In this document: one piece after another, positions 58,951-64,000 of the stretch
Layout of the letters: each line of letters opens with the position of its first letter
How positions within the stretch are numbered: the first letter of the stretch is position 1
Assembly (NCBI GenBank): GCA_963702205.1
Contig: OY969724.1
Location: 3,808,001-3,872,000 of the forward strand
Source of the DNA: an uncultured candidate division Zixibacteria bacterium
GTDB taxonomy: Bacteria > Zixibacteria > MSB-5A5 > GN15 > PGXB01
Reading direction: 5' to 3'
DNA length: 64,000 bases
Program-made: the position numbers and the translations under genes
Notes under the pieces: generated by a model
Told to the model about the DNA's origin: nothing
The model's input: the letters and a program-made list of their open reading frames with translations, nothing else
The model's database searches: none

Positions 58951-59937
58951 TCAGGTCTTTTTTTCCGGGGGTAACTTTATTGCCAAAGCTATAAAGGCCG
59001 ATATTAGTTCAACTACCGTGTTCCACAGCCGGGTAGCGACCGCAACGCCGACCGCGATTTCGCCGATGTACGGCTTAAGCATCACCCACAGTGCGAACTC
59101 CCGGACGCCGATACCACTCGGCGTAAAGATGGCAATAAAACCGATTTGATAGGCGAAGACATATATACCTATCGTCCCCGCAAGCGGGCTGTGAGGGTTT
59201 GCCAGTATCGAGTTTAAGAAGAGCCAGAAAGAAAAACCGTAAAAGGCCCAGCTTAGAAAATAGCCGAAATATATTTTAAGGGCAGTGAACGAACTGACCC
59301 TAAAATTAACCGCCGGTCTCTTGATAAGCTTCAGAAAAAAATTCAAAAGCGCCAGTGTCCTGGACGGCAGGAATATCAGCAGGAAAGACCCGATCAGAGT
59401 AATGCCGAAAAAGACATAGGCCGTAATCCCGATCTCGGCGCTGATTTTGTCCGACAGAATTTCCGGATAAATTATCACCGTTATGAAACTGATTAAAAAG
59501 GCCGTCGGCAGCGAAAAGATGATCGCTATAACCCAGGAGGCAACCGATTCCTCTTCCTTGATATCGAGCCGCCGCGCCAGATAAGCCATGCCGAAAATAG
59601 TCCAGAACTTCCCGGGCAGGTAGCGTCCAAGATTGCTGATGTAGGCCAGTTTGAACCCGTGCTTTAAGGAAACGTCGTACCCGAATCCGGAAATTATCAT
59701 ACACCAGACATTGGAAAACATGAGGAAAGTCAGTGCCTGAGCCATGATGGATAACATCAGAAGCCAGACGTTGATAGACCAGTCATAATGAATGATCTCG
59801 TGCCAGTTGCGGCCGATCTGCTTGAAAACGACAAACAACACGATTGCCAGCAGCGTGAATTTTATCAGGCTTTTGACAGACTTGGGAATCCGGCCTATCG
59901 CCTTTAATTTGTTGGCCAGCGTGCTGCTTTCCGTCAT
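58951..59937 (-). CDS. Lysylphosphatidylglycerol-synthase-TM / flippase-like membrane protein
   Basis: SNLGRYLPGK, PSGIGVRE; about 8 TM helices. Confidence 0.8.
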   Translation of the reverse strand: MTESSTLANKLKAIGRIPKSVKSLIKFTLLAIVLFVVFKQIGRNWHEIIHYDWSINVWLLMLSIMAQALTFLMFSNVWCMIISGFGYDVSLKHGFKLAYISNLGRYLPGKFWTIFGMAYLARRLDIKEEESVASWVIAIIFSLPTAFLISFITVIIYPEILSDKISAEIGITAYVFFGITLIGSFLLIFLPSRTLALLNFFLKLIKRPAVNFRVSSFTALKIYFGYFLSWAFYGFSFWLFLNSILANPHSPLAGTIGIYVFAYQIGFIAIFTPSGIGVREFALWVMLKPYIGEIAVGVAVATRLWNTVVELISAFIALAIKLPPEKKT

Positions 59938-60137
59938 GGTTGTCTCTCTGACATCCTGCAAAGATACTCTAAAAATTCCGAAACTCAACAGTCAAAAAGT
60001 GAAGACCGTGAAATTTTTGTCATAAGACCGCTCCAATCCGCCGTCAATAACGGAGAGTGATTTCTCTTGACAAAGCACCCTGTTTAAAGTGACTATAAGA
60101 ATTATGAAATTATGTCCCTCACCTCTGAGACAATCTT

Positions 60138-61130
60138 ATGATGAGCGTTAAAATAGTACCCTATCAGGATAGCTTCAAAAGTGGCTTGATGACCTTCATG
60201 GCCAAACACAGTCCCGACCATCCTGAGCTATATGATGAAAGACTTTTCGACTGGCAGCGCTGTCAGAGATATCTGGCCCTGTTCAAGGATAATATTGTCG
60301 GACACATTGCCCATATACCCCAGAAGTTTAAGAATGTGGAGACTGAATTCGTCCTCGGCTGGGCGGCCACGCTCGTCCTGGATATGTCAAACCCGCTGAT
60401 TCGGGTCTTCGCCGGGACCAATCTGCTCGACAAAACCGGAGACACCGACCAATCGCTTTTCGGGGCGGTCGGGGTTGTCCCGGAAATCGAGGAGACTCAC
60501 CGTCGAAGGGGTTATATCGTAAACAGGGATACGTGCAATATGTACGCCCGCTTTTTTGATCCATCCCGGGCTCTCGCCTATTTTAACCGCCCCGCGTACC
60601 TGGGGGCTGCAATACTGGCCGCGAATCTGCTTTTCGCCGCCGCCAGAAAACCCGGCGATGAAAATCTTGTCGAAATATCATCTTTTAATCCATCTCACGA
60701 CAATATCTGGGAAAAACATCTGGCGTCGCGCTACGATATTTATGGGGTCCGAAGCGCCGAATTTCTCAATTACCGTCTCGGTCAGCCCGGCAAGGATTAT
60801 CAGGTTTATATACACCGTGAAGGCCCTGAAATCGCTGGATATATTATTTTCAGAATGGCTGAAAATAAGGTTAAAAATATCCGCCTATTGAAAATATGCG
60901 ACCTGGTCGGAACGGATGCGGCGCGAAAAATATTGATAGCAAAAGCCGTTTCGGCAGCCAGAGAAAATAAAGCCGACGGGATCGTGGCCCTGGCCTCGTC
61001 GCGCGATAAGACTTTCTACCGGAGCGCCGGTTTGTGGGTTTTCAGGCCGTTCCCCGTGGTACTCTCCCCCAAAATTAGCCGCCCCATCCACGTGACATTT
61101 TTTGAATCGGACCTGGATAATCTCTGGTAG
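60138..61130 (+). CDS. Hypothetical protein, probable tandem GNAT fold
   Basis: IVGH, RSAEFLNYRL, IAGYIIF, ICDL patterns typical of double-GNAT proteins in polysaccharide loci. Confidence 0.55.
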   Translation: MMSVKIVPYQDSFKSGLMTFMAKHSPDHPELYDERLFDWQRCQRYLALFKDNIVGHIAHIPQKFKNVETEFVLGWAATLVLDMSNPLIRVFAGTNLLDKTGDTDQSLFGAVGVVPEIEETHRRRGYIVNRDTCNMYARFFDPSRALAYFNRPAYLGAAILAANLLFAAARKPGDENLVEISSFNPSHDNIWEKHLASRYDIYGVRSAEFLNYRLGQPGKDYQVYIHREGPEIAGYIIFRMAENKVKNIRLLKICDLVGTDAARKILIAKAVSAARENKADGIVALASSRDKTFYRSAGLWVFRPFPVVLSPKISRPIHVTFFESDLDNLW

Positions 61131-61240
61131 AACGGATATCAAAGGCAAAGCCGCAAAAATTGTTGGCGTTACGGCAATTTGCCATTATTTTGTGGGCACA
61201 ACCGTTGTAGATTTTGAAAACTCAATGAAGGCAGTAAAAT

Positions 61241-61540
61241 ATGGCAGCCAAAGAAAAAGTCCTGAACGCAATATCAGAAATGATAGACGCACTCAATCCC
61301 CAATTGCCCAAAGATATGCAGTTGGAAAAAACTCCCGAAACCGTCCTGTTCGGAGCCGGAGGAAAGCTCGATTCGCTCGGTCTGGTTAATTTGGTGGTGG
61401 CGCTGGAACAGAAAATCCGTGAGCAGTTCGATAGGCCCGTTTCGATAACCGATGAGCGAGCCATGTCCCAGAAAAACAGTCCGTTTCGTACGATAGACAC
61501 GCTCGCCGACTACATCACGCAGCTTCTGGAGGAACAATAA
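61241..61540 (+). CDS. Acyl carrier protein
   Basis: LDSLGLV phosphopantetheine site; small; SPFRTI tail. Confidence 0.85.
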   Translation: MAAKEKVLNAISEMIDALNPQLPKDMQLEKTPETVLFGAGGKLDSLGLVNLVVALEQKIREQFDRPVSITDERAMSQKNSPFRTIDTLADYITQLLEEQ

Positions 61541-61541
61541 C

Positions 61542-62243
61542 ATGTCCGACAAAAAGGTCATGTTGATCACCGGCACCAGCAAAGGCATCGGGCGGTATCT
61601 GGTTGAATATTATGTCGACAAGGGCTACACCGTGGTCGGCTGCAGCCGCAGCGAAGCCGAATATAAGCTGGATGGTTACGAGCATTTCTGCCTCGACGTC
61701 GGTGACGAGACGAAGGTCGAACAGATGTTTACGCAGGTTGCCAGGAAGTACGGTCGTCTCGACGTGCTCATCAACAATGCCGGGATCGCCTCGATGAATC
61801 ATTTGCTTTTGACGCCGATGAAAACGGCGGACAAGATTTTCAGGACGAATTTCATGGCGACCTTCCTGTTCGGACGGGAAGCCGCCAAGCTTATGATGAA
61901 AAATAGGTTCGGGCGCATTATCAATTTCGCCACGGTGGCGACTCCGCTCAAGCTGGAAGGCGAAGCCATTTATGCCGCCTCAAAAGCGGCCGTGGTTTCA
62001 CTGACCGAGATAATGGCGCGGGAAATGGCCGGTTTCGGGATAACCGTCAACGCCGTCGGCCCGACACCGATCAAAACCGACCTGATCAAATCGGTTCCTG
62101 AAGAAAAAATGACTGCCCTGATAAATCGGCAGGCCATCACGCGCTACGGTGAATTCTCGGACGTGAGCAATGTCATCGACTTTTTCATACAACCCTCCAG
62201 CGATTTCATAACCGGCCAAGTTATATACCTCGGCGGTGTGTAA
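61542..62243 (+). CDS. SDR oxidoreductase (3-oxoacyl-ACP reductase-like)
   Basis: TGTSKGIG, NNAG, YAASK. Confidence 0.9.
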   Translation: MSDKKVMLITGTSKGIGRYLVEYYVDKGYTVVGCSRSEAEYKLDGYEHFCLDVGDETKVEQMFTQVARKYGRLDVLINNAGIASMNHLLLTPMKTADKIFRTNFMATFLFGREAAKLMMKNRFGRIINFATVATPLKLEGEAIYAASKAAVVSLTEIMAREMAGFGITVNAVGPTPIKTDLIKSVPEEKMTALINRQAITRYGEFSDVSNVIDFFIQPSSDFITGQVIYLGGV

Positions 62244-62245
62244 TC

Positions 62246-63604
62246 ATGCCGCTGGAATTTCTTCTTGAACGTTTTCGGGAAAATCCCGAAAGCGACGCCA
62301 TCATTTGGAAAAACGATATCTACAGTTACCGATGGCTGCTGGACCGAATCGACCACTGGCGAGGTATAATATCCTCGGAAAAGATCGAGCCGGGTACGGT
62401 CGTCGTGCTCGAAGCCGACTTTTCTCCCAACGCCGTCGCCCTGTTTTTGACGCTGCTGGAAAGTAAGTGCATAGTGGTACCGCTGACCAGCCGTATCGAA
62501 ACCAAAAAGCAGGAGTTCACGGAAATCGCGCAGGGAGAAGTCTCGTTCAGGATTGACGAACAGGACCAGACTGAAATCGTACGGCTTAAAAATCAGGCTA
62601 ACCATGAATTTTATGGCCGACTCCGGAAGCTGGGCGATCCCGGACTGGTGTTGTTTTCTTCCGGATCAACGGGCAAGAACAAGGCCGCAGTCCACAATAT
62701 GGCGCGCCTGCTGGGAAAATTCATGACGCGAAGACACAACCTGCGTACTTTGACGTTTCTTCTGTTCGATCATATCGGGGGTATCGACACGATGTTGTAC
62801 TCCCTGTCCAACGCCAGCTGCATCATCACGGTATCGGACCGCGCGCCGGAAAACGTCTGCCGGACAATCGAGCGGTTCGGCGTCGAAGTCCTGCCGGTAA
62901 CGCCGACGTTCTTGAATCTCCTGATTTTAAGCCATGCCTACGAAAAGCACGATTTATCATCGCTGAAATATATTACGTACGGTACCGAAATCATGTCCGA
63001 AGTGACGTTGAAAAGAACCGCCGAAATATTTCCCGGAATTACCCTTCTGCAAAAATACGGAACGTCGGAAACCGGGACGCTTCGCTCCAAATCAAAAAGC
63101 TCCGAATCTATCTGGGTGAAAATCGGCGGCGAGGGCTATCAGACGCGCATTGTCGACGGCATTCTCCAGATCAAGGCGGAATCGGCCATGCTCGGTTACC
63201 TGAACGCCCCCAGCCCGTTCACCGATGACGGCTGGTTTGTGACCGGTGATGAGGTCGAACGCGACGGTGAGTACATCCGTTTTCTGGGACGGCGCTCGGA
63301 AATCATCAATGTCGGCGGCGAAAAAGTCTATCCCTCGCAGGTGGAAAATACGATTCAGGACGTCGACAACGTGCTTGAGGTTGTCGTCTACGGTGAAAAG
63401 AACCCGCTCATCGGCAATATAGTCTGCGCCAGAATAAGGCTGGCCGAAGAAGAGGACGAAAAGCAGGCAGCGGCAAGGATCAAGCAGTACTGCCGCGAAG
63501 TTCTGGAAAATTACATGGTGCCGGTCAAAATAGAATTCGTCCGCGATAAACAGCACAGTCAGCGGTTTAAAAAAACAAGAAAGCCTCCGGGAGATAACCG
63601 TTGA
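62246..63604 (+). CDS. AMP-dependent acyl-CoA/acyl-ACP ligase
   Basis: FSSGSTGKNK, YGTSETG, TGD, GRRSEIINVGGEKVYP. Confidence 0.88.
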   Translation: MPLEFLLERFRENPESDAIIWKNDIYSYRWLLDRIDHWRGIISSEKIEPGTVVVLEADFSPNAVALFLTLLESKCIVVPLTSRIETKKQEFTEIAQGEVSFRIDEQDQTEIVRLKNQANHEFYGRLRKLGDPGLVLFSSGSTGKNKAAVHNMARLLGKFMTRRHNLRTLTFLLFDHIGGIDTMLYSLSNASCIITVSDRAPENVCRTIERFGVEVLPVTPTFLNLLILSHAYEKHDLSSLKYITYGTEIMSEVTLKRTAEIFPGITLLQKYGTSETGTLRSKSKSSESIWVKIGGEGYQTRIVDGILQIKAESAMLGYLNAPSPFTDDGWFVTGDEVERDGEYIRFLGRRSEIINVGGEKVYPSQVENTIQDVDNVLEVVVYGEKNPLIGNIVCARIRLAEEEDEKQAAARIKQYCREVLENYMVPVKIEFVRDKQHSQRFKKTRKPPGDNR

Positions 63605-64000
63605 GAAAAAGGCTTTATATAGTTATCGGATGTGACACCGATCCAGACCGCGCCGGGTTCGTCGACGGCCTGCCCACCGACGGTTTCGGGTGGTCGGGGA
63701 TGCTCGACGGTATCCCGCGTGCCAAGGATCGCCTGAATAATATTACCGACAGTGAGGGCCATCCGCCGGTTTTTACATGGTGCCTGCGGGTAGATTATCA
63801 AATAAAGAAGACGTACGGTGAGTACGATTACATCCTGACCGAACACAGGAGTTTTCTGGAAGACCTGGAGCGTGCCGGTGACGAACTGGGCTGGCATCCC
63901 CATTTCTGGAGATACGACGACAACGGCAAGTATTGGTACCAGGAAGTCTTCGATACCGCCTGGCAGTTGAAAATGCTCGACGAAGCATACGCGGCCTATA
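63601..64000 (+). CDS. Polysaccharide deacetylase-like (CE4 superfamily) protein, runs off the window end
   Basis: Manual translation from TTG overlapping the upstream stop: MRKRLYIVIGCDTDPDR...VFTWCLR...GDELGWHPH (DxD and HxH metal motifs). Confidence 0.6.
   Translation, partial: MRKRLYIVIGCDTDPDRAGFVDGLPTDGFGWSGMLDGIPRAKDRLNNITDSEGHPPVFTWCLRVDYQIKKTYGEYDYILTEHRSFLEDLERAGDELGWHPHFWRYDDNGKYWYQEVFDTAWQLKMLDEAYAAY

Noticed and set aside
1..64000. Stop-codon reassignment, selenoprotein, DGR, retron or prophage
   Set aside because: TGA, TAA and TAG all end conserved genes normally; no reverse transcriptase, template/variable repeat pair or phage genes were seen.

Overview
Bacterial chromosomal window with GC-rich coding backbone and several AT-rich inserts. 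No rRNA, tRNA or CRISPR array was seen. The secretome style (dockerin/cohesin tails and 'QNYPNPFNP' FlgD-Ig tails) suggests an FCB-type diderm such as candidate division Zixibacteria; this is inference. Contents in order: partial MFS transporter; single-chain fungal-type homoaconitase; a trypsin-like cassette between REP-like repeats; a Zn/Mn ABC operon headed by a ribbon-helix-helix/Cys-rich regulator; two paralogous ~1245-aa S8 peptidases flanking a secreted protein; a TetR-LolA-like-ABC-barrel operon; two C10 peptidases and an M13 peptidase; an AT-rich region of REP-like hairpin repeats enclosing whole genes and gene fragments; TauE; a frameshifted LTA-synthase-like gene; an IS256 with an 8-bp TSD disrupting a nuclease-like gene; a Zn alcohol dehydrogenase; a Ser/Thr kinase plus beta-barrel; an ECF sigma / ZAS protein / TPR-CHAT caspase-like protease / S8-dockerin / lipoprotein module; and the start of an ACP-SDR-ligase-GNAT-deacetylase cluster. 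Six proteins carry dockerins. The best candidate for a new system is the ECF-CHAT module: three exact GAACGA-N16-CTCTGT promoter-like motifs occur within it, and one precedes a candidate small RNA.
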